Shown: one piece after another, positions 1 through 14,980 of the stretch
How the letters are laid out: each line of letters begins with the position of its first letter
Position numbering within the stretch: the stretch's first letter is position 1
From: Eledone cirrhosa
Lineage: Eukaryota
Length of the DNA stretch: 64,000 bases
Assembly (NCBI GenBank): GCA_964016885.1
Contig: OZ024750.1
Coordinates: 40,238,001 to 40,302,000 of the forward strand
Direction: 5' to 3'
Notes under the pieces: model-generated
Told to the model about the DNA's origin: nothing
Database searches by the model: none
What the model saw: only the letters and a program-made list of their open reading frames with translations
Translations under genes and position numbers: made by a program

Positions 1-150
1 AGTGATACTAATGAGTTAATGATGCCATTCCCGTGTGCAAAAAAAATGTTCGCTTGCTAAAATATAAAACAAGCTAGTATTTTTGTTGAAGGGCAGAAAG
101 TTAGTGAAACCTGTGAGGAGTTTAGCTGGTCGTAAGATGAACCGAGGAAA

Positions 151-678
151 TAATTGTTTCTACTTTAGGCACAAGGCCAGCAATTACCCAGTGCATTACT
201 GGTACTTTATTTTATCGACCCCGTAAGGATGAAAGGCAAAGTCAACCTCGGCGGGATTTGAAATCAGATTGTAAAGGGACGTAATAATGTTTCGGTGCTG
301 ATACTATCTGCCGGCTGCAATTCCTGACAAAGGGAGGTGTGATATGAACTCAGAACTGGACCAGGTGTCATTAATCATCTCATCTGATCTTTTACCAATT
401 CCAGCGTCGTTGAGCGCTATTTTATTTATTGAAAAGTAAAGTTGATCTCGGAAAGATCGACTTTCCTCTTCCTCGAAAATCGTTGGCCTTGTGCTTAAAT
501 CAGAAACTTATTGTTGAACTTAGGGCGGTGGATTGGCAGTATCGGTAGAGGGTGGGACGCCATGCTTTACAGCATAGAGTTACGGCCCTTTACGATCTGA
601 GTTCAAATCCCGCCGGGGTTAACTTTGCTTTTCATCCTTACGGGGTCGATAAAATAAAGTACCAGTAATGCACTAGGT
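151..678. mobile_element. S1 SINE copies: 151-284 (-) and 523-678 (+)
   Basis: High similarity to 1877-2063. Confidence 0.8.
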
Positions 679-1876
679 TAAATGACTGATAAGTTTTAAA
701 ATGTGGTGAAAATGTCGTCAATAGCAGAACTTCATTGTTTGGTTTCTTGTTTAGTATTTTTTTATGTCGTTCGACGAGAGAAATATTTATACTTGAATTA
801 ATTTCTCTCTGGAAAGTTTTGCTGGGGGTATATTTTCATTGTTTCTACTTATCATATACAGTTTTTTATGTTGATAATCTATGACTCCGAAATACCATAG
901 CAGTTAAGGCAACATCAGTTGATACATAGACAAGGGAATAAAACAGATGCCATATAGTAATACTATTAGTATAGTTAGTACATCAATATACACTCTTGAC
1001 AGGTGCAATGCGTCCAAACTCGGAAGAGCCGAACTCCCACTGTCATCGCCCCCATCTCTCTCGCCCTCCCCATCTCTCTGTATAGTCAGCAAATGGGGTC
1101 TTACGTGCTGGCCGCCTCACAATCCCGGCGGACAGAATGGAGAAGGTGTTTCCCTGGAATGTAAAACCCTGAAAAAACATTACATTTTGTTTTGTTTGTC
1201 ATCATTTACCCTTTATATATCTCTACCACTTTGTACTGACTTTCTGAAATATTTATTTCCAAAAAATATTTCTAAAAAACTAGGAACTCCATCGAAGAAG
1301 GCGATAATAAATAGTGAGGTACTCAATACCAAAACAAGTAGACACCTGTCAACTCTCACCGTCGGATGGGGAGATCTCTCACCCACCCCAAAGTGCGTGG
1401 GAGATCTCTTGTGAAAACAGGTATAGCTTTCGTTATGTAAAATCTCCCCATTTTGCTTTATTTCTCCCCGTTTCGGGGAACTTTTTTTTTTATTTGTGGT
1501 ACTCTCCGTTTGGGTTTTTAAAGGTTGGCAGGTCTGCAAGTATAAGGGTTTCTAAAATAAGTGCTAAAACATTCGATGAAAACTGTGTTGTAATTGTGAG
1601 AAGACGCCCCCCCCCCCTCCGTCATGTTTGGGAGGAAGTTGAACAGAGCTGTATGTTACCAGTATTCTTTATAGATCTTATCTTTTGCCCTTTATATATT
1701 TCTATGGCATTGCACCCAGCTTTTTGAAACTTATCAGTCTTCTAAACTTAAAATTTACATCAAATATTAATTGTAGGACTTCGTAAGAAATTTCGGTTTA
1801 TTCTATATTGCAAATCTTGCTTAATCTTACTGATTAAAATATCTTAAAGAACTAATTTTAAATGTTATATAACTCA

Positions 1877-2258
1877 GGGCGGTGGATTGGCAGTATCGGG
1901 AGAGGGTCGGACGCCATGCTTTCCAGCATAGTTACGTCCCTTTACAATCTGAGTTCAAATCCCGCCGAGGTTGACTTTGCCTTTCATCCTTACGGGGTCG
2001 ATGAAATAAAGTACCAGTAATGTACTGGGTAATTTCTGGCCTTGTGCCTAAATAGAAACAATTGTTAGGGCGGTGGATTGGCAGAATCAGTGGAAGGTCG
2101 GACGCCATGCTTTGACGCATAGAGTTACGTCCCTTTACGATCTGAGTTCAAATCCCGCCGAGGTTGACTTTGCCTTTCATCCTTACGGGGTCGATAAAAT
2201 AAAGTACCAGTAATGCACTGGGTATTTGCTGGCCTTGTGCCTAAAGTAGAAACAGTTA
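1877..2258 (+). mobile_element. Two tandem tRNA-derived SINEs (family S1)
   Basis: Box A-like tggcagtatcgg, box B-like gagttcaaatc, central gcctttcatccttacggggtcgataaaataaagtaccag (Meta-domain-like), tail ccttgtgcctaaagtagaaaca. Confidence 0.85.
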
Positions 2259-2585
2259 TATAACTTAAGTAAATGTTTGTGATTTTCTCTTTTGTTTTTT
2301 TCGGTTAGCAGGTTAAAGTGAATTTTGAAGATTTTAATCTTTATTCTTATTTTCAATCTATATATTCGATTACAAATAAAAATCTGAAATAATGATACAT
2401 GATATCGATAATATACCTCCAGAAGAAGATATTTTAAATTATAAAATCGTAGTTAAAGAATCATCATCGTAAATCTAAAGATACGACTTTCGTAATATAC
2501 ATCTTTAAACTTTACATTTATTTAAGAACGAAATAGGCAAATTTACACAGTTATATATATACTATTGAGTTAGTCATTCCACCGA

Positions 2586-2658
<73 letters not shown>

Positions 2659-2726
2659 CAGCCTCCTAATTTAATGGTCGCTTATATTATGGTACGTCAA
2701 AATTATTTATAAAACTGCTTATATAT

Positions 2727-2797
2727 TGTATTTTATCTGACGAAGGCATGCCATATTTTTAATATGGTATCCCTGAAATATGTATAATGAAATAAAT
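2727..2797 (+). ncRNA. Minimal type I hammerhead ribozyme (family H1)
   Basis: tattttat-CTGACGA-aggcatgccata...tatggtatccct-GAAA-tatgta-TA-atgaaata. Confidence 0.75.
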
Positions 2798-2854
2798 ATG
2801 GTTTTATAAATATAGTTTCCATTTATTTAATATCGTATATATATATATATATAT

Positions 2855-3453
2855 ATACATTATGAAGAGAGAAGAAACATTTAGATATAATTAGTAATAA
2901 AATGTATCATACCTAAACTGCTCCTAAATTCCTCGACTACGTAGTTTCGTGGCATAAACAAAAACAATATATCAAAGATATAGAGTCCTTGCGAGGTCTG
3001 CCAACTTATCAAGAGGATACCTCATTTTACTAGTCTCAAGAACGCGTCTACACGACGTGAGAAAGAATCCCAAAAGGCGGAGGGGGAGATAGTCACGCGA
3101 TATAACGGTCGAGAAACAGAGCTAAGCCTCTTATAACCACGAAGAAAATATCCGTGGTATTTTCTTCGTGGTTATAAGAGGCTTAGCTCTGTTTCTCGAC
3201 CGTTATATCGCGTGACTATCTCCCCCTCCGCCTTTTGGGATTCTTTCTCACGTCGTGTAGACGCGTTCTTGAGACTAGTAAAATGAGGTATCCTCTTGAT
3301 AAGTTGGCAGACCTCGCAAGGACTCTATATCTTTGATATATTGTTTTTGTTTATGCCACGAAACTACGTAGTCGAGGAATTTAGGAGCAGTTTAGGTATG
3401 ATACATTTTATTACTAATTATATCTAAATGTTTCTTCTCTCTTCATAATGTAT
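2855..3453. repeat. Perfect 296-bp inverted repeat (7-nt spacer) carrying a hammerhead on each strand
   Basis: Arms 2855-3150 and 3158-3453, spacer tccgtgg; the left arm begins in a (TA)n tract. Confidence 0.93.
3291..3378 (+). ncRNA. Hammerhead ribozyme, U3:A8 core variant (mirror copy at 2930-3017, minus strand)
   Basis: tcctc-TTGATAA-gttggca...tgccac-GAAA-ctacgtag-TC-gagga. Confidence 0.7.
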
Positions 3454-3606
3454 TTTTAACTCTGATACTGGTTCAGTCTGGTTCAAACTGAATTGGTCTG
3501 TCCCAGTCATTCATTGAGCAACATCGGTGAAGTTGGCACCCTTAACTCGCAGTTGGGTGCGGATGCATTCATGTATATATGTGTGTGTCCGCATGTATCT
3601 GTGTGT

Positions 3607-3684
<78 letters not shown>

Positions 3685-3832
3685 ATACTTTGGGAGGGTC
3701 ATGTTGCCAATAAGAAACACACGCACCAGTTGCTTTCACTTCAATTTATTATAATAAATTTATAATAAATTTATAAATTTATAAATTTCTGGTTGGTTGG
3801 TTGGTTCCACAACCAGATAGTTGTTTATATAT

Positions 3833-3877
3833 AGTCATAATTCTTTCGTCACACACTCTGTGACCTCTTCAGTGACT
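3833..3877 (-). ncRNA. Minimal hammerhead ribozyme (PLE-tail family shared with 44535)
   Basis: Minus strand: agtca-CTGAAGA-g-gtcaca gagtg tgtgac-GAAA-gaat-TA-tgact. Confidence 0.75.
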
Positions 3878-4203
3878 GGGGATTCCTTTCTTTGTTTCTG
3901 TGCCTCTCTCCTTTGTTCTGTCCTACGCCATTTTGTTTCTGTGTGTGTGTTGTGTGCTCAGTCTGCGCATGCGCCACATCCGGGTGTCTGTGTGTGTTTA
4001 TGTTCATTTATTTATTTGTTTATTTACATGTTACTGGTTGGTTGTTTGTTCTATGTGTGTGTGTGTTTATATAAACAACTATCTAGTTGTGGAACCAACC
4101 AACCAACCAGAAATTTATAAATTTATAAATTTATTATAATAAATTGAAGTGAAAGCAACTGGTGCGTGTGTTTCTTATTGGCAACATGACCCTCCCAAAG
4201 TAT

Positions 4204-4259
<56 letters not shown>

Positions 4260-4296
4260 GATATTAAACAAATGGAAACTATATTTATAAAACCAT

Positions 4297-4367
4297 ATTT
4301 ATTTCATTATACATATTTCAGGGATACCATATTAAAAATATGGCATGCCTTCGTCAGATAAAATACA
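4297..4367 (-). ncRNA. Hammerhead ribozyme (family H1)
   Basis: Reverse complement of the 2727-2797 motif. Confidence 0.75.
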
Positions 4368-4609
4368 ATATATAAACAGTTTTATAAATAATTTTGACGT
4401 ACCATAATATAAGCGACCATTAAATTAGGAGGCTGCCTTGGCATGCCATATTTTTAATATGGTATCCCTGAAATATGTATAATGAAATAAATGTGGTTTT
4501 ATAAATATAGTTTCCATTTGTTTAATATCGTATATCTACTCCAAAAACTTGTGCTTTATATCGGTTATAAAATATTTACTTGTAACCCAAGAATTTTAAA
4601 TAAAACTCT

Positions 4610-4675
<66 letters not shown>

Positions 4676-4679
4676 TATG

Positions 4680-5182
4680 TATACCAATTGAATTACCCGA
4701 GCCTTGCTGCGTTTCACACATTTTTTCTTTGTAAGAAAATGATGATTGATTTTAAATCAGTGATATAATTTATGAAGAAAAACTCTGCATTTCAATATTA
4801 CTCAATATAAAATATAATGCTTGAAAAATTGGAAAACATTATTTTTTGTAATATATCAAAACAAAATTACATTATTAAATCTTATTCTTATTTTGTTTCT
4901 GGTAAATAATTTTTTTCAAAATATCAATTCAAAGCTTTTGTGAATAGGCATCATATCTTGTCATTTACCTATGGTTTAAATTTCATATAAATCGAAGGGA
5001 AAACATTTTCAGCGGCGGTTTGTGCCACCGGGAACCTCTTTGATTAAAATGAAATATATTTATCCAAGTACTCTGGGCAATGTATTTTCAGAATATATAT
5101 GATTATGGGGGTCTATCTCCAAAACCATAGGAGGAGTTCGTGAACAAACAAACAAACAAACAAACAGGAACTACAACTTTAT
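4680..5182 (+). mobile_element. Probable non-autonomous Helitron-like element; inverted copy at 13620-14338 is interrupted by the S2 SINE
   Basis: 5' gaattacccgagccttgctgcgtttcac, internal block shared with 13621-13695 and 14037-14338, and (ACAA)n near the 3' end. Confidence 0.5.
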
Positions 5183-5194
5183 ACACACACACAC

Positions 5195-5243
<49 letters not shown>

Positions 5244-5245
5244 TG

Positions 5246-5284
<39 letters not shown>

Positions 5285-5853
5285 ATGTGTGTACATATAT
5301 ATATTTATATATATACCGAAGGAAGTGTGGTAAGGAACCAGATGGGCCATAACGCACCAGAGTACTCAATACTTAGGGTAGTAGAGTGGTTAATAGGAAA
5401 ATGTTTAACCCCGACGGCAGAGCTCAAGCCGTTTCGACGGATATATATATATATCCGGCTTGAGCTCTGCCGTCGGGGTTAAACATTTTCCTTTTACCCA
5501 CTCTACTACCCTAAGTATTGAGTACTCTGGTGCGTTATGGGCCATCTGGTTCCTTACCACACTTCCTTCGGTATATATATATATTAATGAAGGCGTGTGG
5601 CTGAGTGGTTAGAGAATTGGATTCACAATCTAGAGGTTGTGAGTTCGATTCCTGGACCGGGCGATGCGTTATGTCCTTGAGCAAGACACTTTATTTCACG
5701 TTGCTCCTTCTACCTGGAGTTGCGACCGATAGATAGTATTAGCAACTGGAAAGACCGACGAAAACATTGTTTCCTCGGTTCGATTTGACGAAAGTTGATC
5801 GATATATATATATATAGGATTCTGTTGATCGATTGGTTATTGATTAGGCGATA

Positions 5854-5963
5854 CCCGCTGATGAAGCCGCATAAGCCGATTGTGCATTGTTGCATAATAC
5901 ATGCAGACAGATGGTGCAGTACACCTTACTGCTGCATTAGTGCGGCAGAAACTCGAGTCCGGG
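5854..5963 (+). ncRNA. Hammerhead ribozyme with long stem II insertion
   Basis: cccg-CTGATGA-agccgca...(about 70 nt)...tgcggca-GAAA-ctcgag-TC-cggg. Confidence 0.75.
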
Positions 5964-7260
5964 ACGTTACAGGCATCCGTTTTACGTGTGTTGTGTTGAA
6001 GCAAATAACTTTGTGTATACTCTGGGAATGTATCTTATATTGCCCATGGAGTGCGCTGAGATACAACCGGTACTGGCATTGCTAAATATGCTGGGTCCGT
6101 CAACCCTTATATATAATAACTTTGATTTTGTACCTAATTATGTATAGTTAACTATATGTCTAGTCAATTTATACAGGCTATCAGAAATACGAGGTAAATT
6201 TTTCTGTGGCTGTGAGTCGCGAGAGAGGGAGAGGGGGGGAGGGAGAGGGGAGAGAGAGAGTGAAGAGTGGAGAGAGAGGGAAGAGAAAGAGGAGAGAGAA
6301 GAGAGAGGGGAGAGTGAGAGAGAGGGGGAAGAGAGAGAGCAGAGAGGAGACAGAGGGGAGAGAGAGGGAAGAGAAAGAGGAGAGGGGAGAGAGAGGCGAG
6401 AGAGAGGGGAGAGAGAATGAGAGAGAGGGAGAGAGAGAGAATGGTTTCCTCTTTAGATTATGAGAGAATATATATAAAGGAAATATTTAATTCGTCAGTG
6501 AGTACAGGTGGTAGTAACCCGCCACGTAGAGAAGATAAAATATAATGGAGGAGGGGGAGGGGGTAGTGTGGGATCGGGGTGGAATAATAATATGTAGAGG
6601 AAAATAAATAAATATATAAATGAGCCGATAGAAGTAACAGTGATCAACCAGGTCTAAATGTCTGAAGTAGTGGTGAGGGTGATGAGGAGAAGGAGGAGGA
6701 AAGACAAGGAAGGAAGTAGGATTTATAAGAGGAGGCGGGGGAGGGGTGAAGCTCGTGAAACCAGCAGTGGTTTGGTTGAGATCTCAAGGCTGGTGTCATT
6801 CGGAGGTCAGATCCTCAGCCTGTTGTCAGCTTCATCCCTTTAAATCCTTCATGATGACACTCCCTTAACCCACTACTCCCCCCCCACCCTCGATAGTATT
6901 TACTGATGTACATTCTCGAGTCTTGTTACCCCCCTCCCCCCCACCCCCACCAGCTACGCCGCCACACCATCAGCTACATCTACAGCCCACCCTACCAACT
7001 ACACCGCCATAATCCCCACACCACCAGCTACCCCTTGTTTTAGCAGCATCACATTTCAGTCTCTCTTTTAAGCCATGAAACAGTTTAAATTAGGCCAAAC
7101 TCTGTTTTCTGAGTCTCTTTAATTTGTTTCCTCATATTTTTTGGGGAAAAATAAAAATGTCACAACTACCACCATACAAAGATTTCCTCTCTTAACCACA
7201 ATATCGTATGTATGTGTATGTATGTGTATATATATATGTGTATATATATATGTGTATATA

Positions 7261-7352
<92 letters not shown>

Positions 7353-7414
7353 GGTGTATATATGTATATGTATGTATGAATGTGTATATATATATATATG
7401 TATATATATATATG

Positions 7415-7471
<57 letters not shown>

Positions 7472-7604
7472 ATATAAATATATATGTTTATATGTGTATA
7501 TATATATATATGTATGTATGTGATTTCCTCTCTTAATAACCACAATATCGTATGTATGTGTATATATATATATATGTATGTATATATATATATATGTATG
7601 TATG

Positions 7605-7643
<39 letters not shown>

Positions 7644-7742
7644 GTATGTATGTGTATATATATGTATGTATGTGTATATATATATAAATGTATGTATGTG
7701 TATATATATATATGTATGTATGTGTGTATATATATATGTATG

Positions 7743-8343
7743 TCAGGTCACCAGTTGGTACTACTGGTAACATGTATCCCAGTACAACCTGTCTCATGGT
7801 CGGGTCGTTGGCGACTAAACTGGCAACCCCACCAAGGTTTCTTGGTGAGGAGGGTGACTTTGGACATCCTGCAGGACTAAAAACAAAACCTGTCAAAGGG
7901 CAAAGGAGCTCTTAAGAGTCAATGGCCATCCAAATTCACCGGGAGAGATGACCCCTTAGCCTTTGTCAAGGCAGAATTCTAGGAGAAGGAAAGCTCTGAT
8001 ATAACACCTGCAGCCCTGATGGTATCCAATGATGTTGACTTGTTCTTCTTTTTGGTAAATATCATCTTGGTTAAGAGAGTGGGACTGGCTTTGTGCAGTG
8101 CCTTTGCTCACTATAAAAGCTTCACGGCACAGGCATTGCTTTATATCTGGAGATTTCTCTGCACTTGTCGTCACATGGTACCATGGGCCCAGCACTATGT
8201 GTCAATAATTGTCACAAATGTAGTGTTTGTACCAGAGTTTTCAAGTCGCTGGCTGGACTAAAAGTCACACTCGTTCAGCTCATCGGTAGGGGTTCTACGT
8301 GGATATAAAATAGTGGCCGTACTCGAAAACGAGTTGGCAGCCA
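7743..8343 (+). mobile_element. About 600-bp interspersed repeat, possibly an RTE 5'UTR-derived SINE; inverted copy 34525-35117, diverged copy 8460-8990
   Basis: Near-identical reverse complement at 34525-35117; contains tctaggagaaggaaagctctga, reminiscent of RTE 5' regions; no ORF. Confidence 0.6.
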
Positions 8344-8461
<118 letters not shown>

Positions 8462-9367
8462 GGGTCACTCTTGAGTGCTACTGGTAACATGTAACCCAGT
8501 ACAACCTGTCGCATGGTCGCGTCATCAGCGACTAAACCGGCAACCCCACCACGTTTACTTGGTGATTAGGGTGATTTTGGACACCCTGCAGGACAAAAAA
8601 AAAAACCTGACAAAGGGCGGAAGAAATCATAAGAGTCAACGGCCATCCAAAAGTGTGTAAATATCTATATACACATGTACCGCGCGGTTAAACCTCTAGG
8701 AGTGAAGGACCCCTAGCCTTTGCCAGGGCATTCTTCTAGGAGAAGGCAACTCAGGAAACTGGGATAACTCCGATATAAAACCTGCGGCTCAGTAGTTACC
8801 GATGATGTTGATCTTTTCTTCTTTTCGGGTTATAGTTACTGTCGCTAAGAGAGTGGGATTGGCTCTGTGCACAGTCTTTCCTCACTTTAAAAATATCTTC
8901 ACGCACAGGCATGAACAGTGAGTTGTACTGTGAAGGGTGATACCCAGAAACATTAGTATCTGCAGTTCTGTTCACATGCCAACACAAGAGCAAGAATGGA
9001 GGGTTAATTCTACTGACATGGCTATAAAATTGAGGCTTGTCTGCATAATTGCAAACGAATCGAATGTTATTATTAAATATTCGAAAAACTCAGATTACAT
9101 TTATTGTATTCAGCCATGTAGAGCGAAAATTTTCTTTTTTATTTACATTATCAATAATTATCAATTAATGCAATGCCTGTAGACTGGGCCATTCCCACTC
9201 TCTGAGCGACAGTAGCTATAACCGAAAAGAAACAAACCGAGCATTATAATAAATGTTCGGTAAACCGATACGTGCATATATATATGTGTGCATGTATGTA
9301 TATATATACACACTACTGTACGTCTGTATACATATATGTATGTACGTTTACATACATACACACTTAC

Positions 9368-11581
<2,214 letters not shown>

Positions 11582-11595
11582 TTTCGATTATTTAT

Positions 11596-11635
11596 GTCCT
11601 TGAGAAGCCTAACTGGGCGAAACGTACGTAGGTGC
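11596..11635 (+). ncRNA. Minimal hammerhead, U3:A8 core variant
   Basis: gtcc-TTGAGAA-gcc taactg ggc-GAAA-cgtacg-TA-ggtgc; stem I is short. Confidence 0.6.
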
Positions 11636-11917
11636 TGTTTTAAATAAACATGTTTTAACGGTCTATTCTCCGATTTTTTACTTTCCCACGTATATATATA
11701 TATATATGTGTGTATTAAGGATACTATTTATGGTTATGTATGTAATAAAACCTTTTATGGTAATATATTTTTTATACAAACCTTAAATAGTGAAAGATAG
11801 TCATTAATTACTATTTTATTACCAGTAAGATAAATAGCTCAATGTAATAACATCGGTTGTTTTACAGAGCAGTTATATAGAGATTACAATAATCAAAGTT
11901 CAGTTTAAATCATTTAT

Positions 11918-11966
11918 TTGCTTACAATTGTTTCCTCCAAACCGAGGTTTGGATTCTTCGGAGCAA
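11918..11966 (-). ncRNA. Hammerhead ribozyme, C4 variant (second copy 17804-17852, minus strand)
   Basis: Minus strand: ttgct-CCGAAGA-atccaaac ctcg gtttggag-GAAA-caattg-TA-agcaa. Confidence 0.7.
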
Positions 11967-12921
11967 CTATTTAGTGATCTATAACATACTTGACCTCCTT
12001 TTCAACACAAGAGACATATAAAACATATGCACATATTGATCCACAGTGGGATGACATCCATCAAAATGATATAGCATGGCAATTTACATATAAAGGTTAG
12101 AGGATAAAAATAAAAATAAAAATAAAAATAAAAATAAAAATAAAAATAAAAATGAAAATAAAAATAAAAATAAAAATAAAAATAAAAATAAAAATGAAAC
12201 ATTGGCAGTTTATGAAGATAAAGCAAGAAGAAAGTTTAGAGTAGTAAGTGTATGAAACAATCTCACGTGTAGCATGTACGCGTGTCTTATTTATACAGGA
12301 TTAGAGTGCGGCAGATTGTTACTTGCAATCAATAGAATTATGTGGGCTGTATTGTTAAATCATTTTTTCGCATCCACCTGTATGATATAGAATCCCGAAT
12401 GTAGAGAAACACCAAAATATCAAAAATATCAAACATATTATAAAACATATTATAACATATTTGGGGTTTGTATAAAAAATATATAACCATAAAAGGTTTT
12501 ATTATATACATAACCATAAATAGTATCCTTAATACTATATATATATATATATTTAGTAGTAAAGTATAAAACTATTGACAAAATAAAAATATATCAAAAT
12601 AAATGTGGCCTTCGTGGGTGTGAGACCCGAAGCTTTAGCTTAGAGGTAATTCCAGCACTGACTGTCAGTGGCTGTCTTGCACCATGTAGGACTTCATTGA
12701 GATATGGATTGATCACATCCATATAAAAGAGTTTCTGGCGCTGTCATTCGGTTTTTACACTTCAACCCGCTATAGACAAAGGCCTTGAACATGCGAACAC
12801 TGTCTCCCATCCAGCACAATAAAGATCCCCAAAGAATAGATTCATAACGGGGCATATGTAAGTGTTGTAAAGTTACCTCGTTGGGCATGTTGGATTTGTC
12901 AAAGAACTGTTCACTATAGAT

Positions 12922-13306
12922 CAGTGGTTCTCAAACTTTTGGGGCCACAGAGAGACCTACCTACACACAAATTGTAAATAAAATATAATAAATAAAATCG
13001 TTAATTTATTTATAATAAATAATATAATTGTTTCTACTTTTGGCACAAGGCCAGCAATTACTCAGTACATTACTGGTACTTTATTTTCTCGACCCCGCAA
13101 GGATGAAAGGCAAAGTCAATATATAATAAATAATATAATATATACGATGTATAAATAAATATTACACATTTTTTATTTCACTATATTTATATATAATATA
13201 TATCATTTGATATTTGATATACTATTATATTATCTCTACCACATCACCACCACCCCCTGGACCTTCTCAACATCCCGGGGGGTAGAACCCATTTTGAAAA
13301 CCTCTG
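12922..13306. mobile_element. hAT (Charlie-like) MITE containing an S1 SINE fragment
   Basis: TIRs cagtggttctcaaa / tttgaaaacctctg; 8-bp TSD ctatagat / ttatagat. Confidence 0.7.
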
Positions 13307-13695
13307 TTATAGATCATAAATCACGTAATTTGTGGTTGGTCAGTGTTTAGATATATCGTCAATACAGTGTATCAGGTTCAGCAAAGTACAACAGGATGAA
13401 TACCACCACTTCTCTGGATATTTGTATTTTGCTGACAGTTAAAAGTGACTTTTCTTCTTTCCGTTGTTCGTCCTTTACATTCAAAGTCGATTATTGAAAT
13501 TAACGGAAGTGCAACTAGGAAGCTAGGAGTGGTAAGTCAACTTTGCATTTAGAAACTATTTGTTTAAAAAACGACACTGCCCAAATGTGTGTGTGAGCTT
13601 TTCCACATTCGATTCTTCGAGGGCACAAACCCCCGCTGAAAATGTTTTCCCTTGGATTTATATGAAATTTAAACCGTAGGTAAATAATAAGATAT

Positions 13696-14037
13696 GGAGG
13701 CACATGGCTTAGTGGTTACAGCATTGGCCTTGTAATCGAAAGGTTGTAAGTTCAATTCTCAGACCGGGTGATGTGTTGTTTCCTTGAGCAAGACACTTTA
13801 TTTCACATTGCTCCAGTTTACTCAGCTGTAGAAATGAGATGATAGGGACAGGGGTCCCTATCATTCCACTGCAAAGTGGTCGTGGAGGTGCCACGGCAAA
13901 AAAGCACCCAGCACTCACTGTAAATGAGGTTGGCGTTAGGAAGGGCATCCAGCTGTAGAAATCAAGCCAGAATCAGTTCCCGTCCCACCCTTGCAAGCAT
14001 GGAAAAGTGGACGTAAAATGAAATGAAATGATGATGA
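13696..14037 (+). mobile_element. Second tRNA-derived SINE family (S2) with (ATG)n tail; partial copies at 5590-5710, 39112-39240, 42456-42545
   Basis: tggcttagtggtt box A, gttcaattc box B, tccttgagcaagacactt domain. It splits a Helitron-like element at gatat|gatgcc. Confidence 0.75.
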
Positions 14038-14399
14038 TGCCTATTCACAAAATTTCAGCAAATTTCAATAATATTAAGACACCCTAATGGAGGTTAAACC
14101 CCCTATAGTGAAAATGTTGGAAGCCCATAACTTGAGTATTGGAACCTCTATTATCACGGGTTTTTTTCTATTAATTAAAAGTAAATCAACAAAAAAAGCA
14201 CCTCTCTTTTATAGTAAAATTTAATTTCGACATTTTATCTCTGGCAAAACATCACTAGAATTATGACAACAAAAATGATTAGTTAATGCCTCTACTTTTT
14301 TATGTGAAACGCAGCAAGGCGCGGGTAATTCGGCCAGTATATATATACATGTGTGTGTGTGTGTGTAAAAGTAGTTCCACACCGATTAGTTCACCATTT

Positions 14400-14440
14400 C
14401 CGAGAACAATTGTTTCACCTTATTCGGATCATCAGCTAGG
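14400..14440 (-). ncRNA. Minimal hammerhead ribozyme
   Basis: Minus strand: cctag-CTGATGA-tcc gaataa ggt-GAAA-caattg-TT-ctcgg. Confidence 0.55.
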
Positions 14441-14449
14441 TTTATTTTA

Positions 14450-14980
14450 GAGCCGTAAGGATGAAAGGCTAAGCTAACCTCGGTAGGATTTGAACTCAGT
14501 AGGTAAAGGACCGGATCTCTATGCCACGAAGCATGTTGTCCGACGCTCTACCGATTACTGCCAATCCACTGGTTATAAACAATATAATATAATTGTTTCT
14601 ACTTTTGGCACAAGGCCAGCAATTATCCCATCCAGTGTATTACTGGTACTTTATTTTATCGACCCCGTAAGGATGAAAGGAAAAGTTAACCTTGGCAGGA
14701 TTTGAACTCAGAATGGCAAAGGCCGTAACTCTAAGCGCACATATCACGAAATGCTGTCCCTAGATATGTCTATTATTTCATATATTAAAGGGCGGTGAAT
14801 TGGCAGTATCAGTAGAGGGTTGGACGCCATGCTTTCTAGCATAGTTACGCCCCTTTACGGTTTGAGTTCAAATCCCGTCGAGGTTAACTTTGCCTTTCAT
14901 CCTTACGGAGTCGATAAAATAAAGTACCAGTAATGTACTAGGTATTTGCTGGCCTTGTGCCAAAAGTAGAAACAATTATT
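14450..14980. mobile_element. Cluster of S1 SINEs: about 14450-14570 (-), 14589-14735 (-), 14789-14980 (+)
   Basis: Same head, core and tail motifs as the other S1 copies. Confidence 0.8.

Noticed and set aside
523-615. tRNA gene calls for the SINE heads
   Set aside because: A and B boxes are present, but there is no canonical cloverleaf and the heads are fused to SINE core and tail in many copies.
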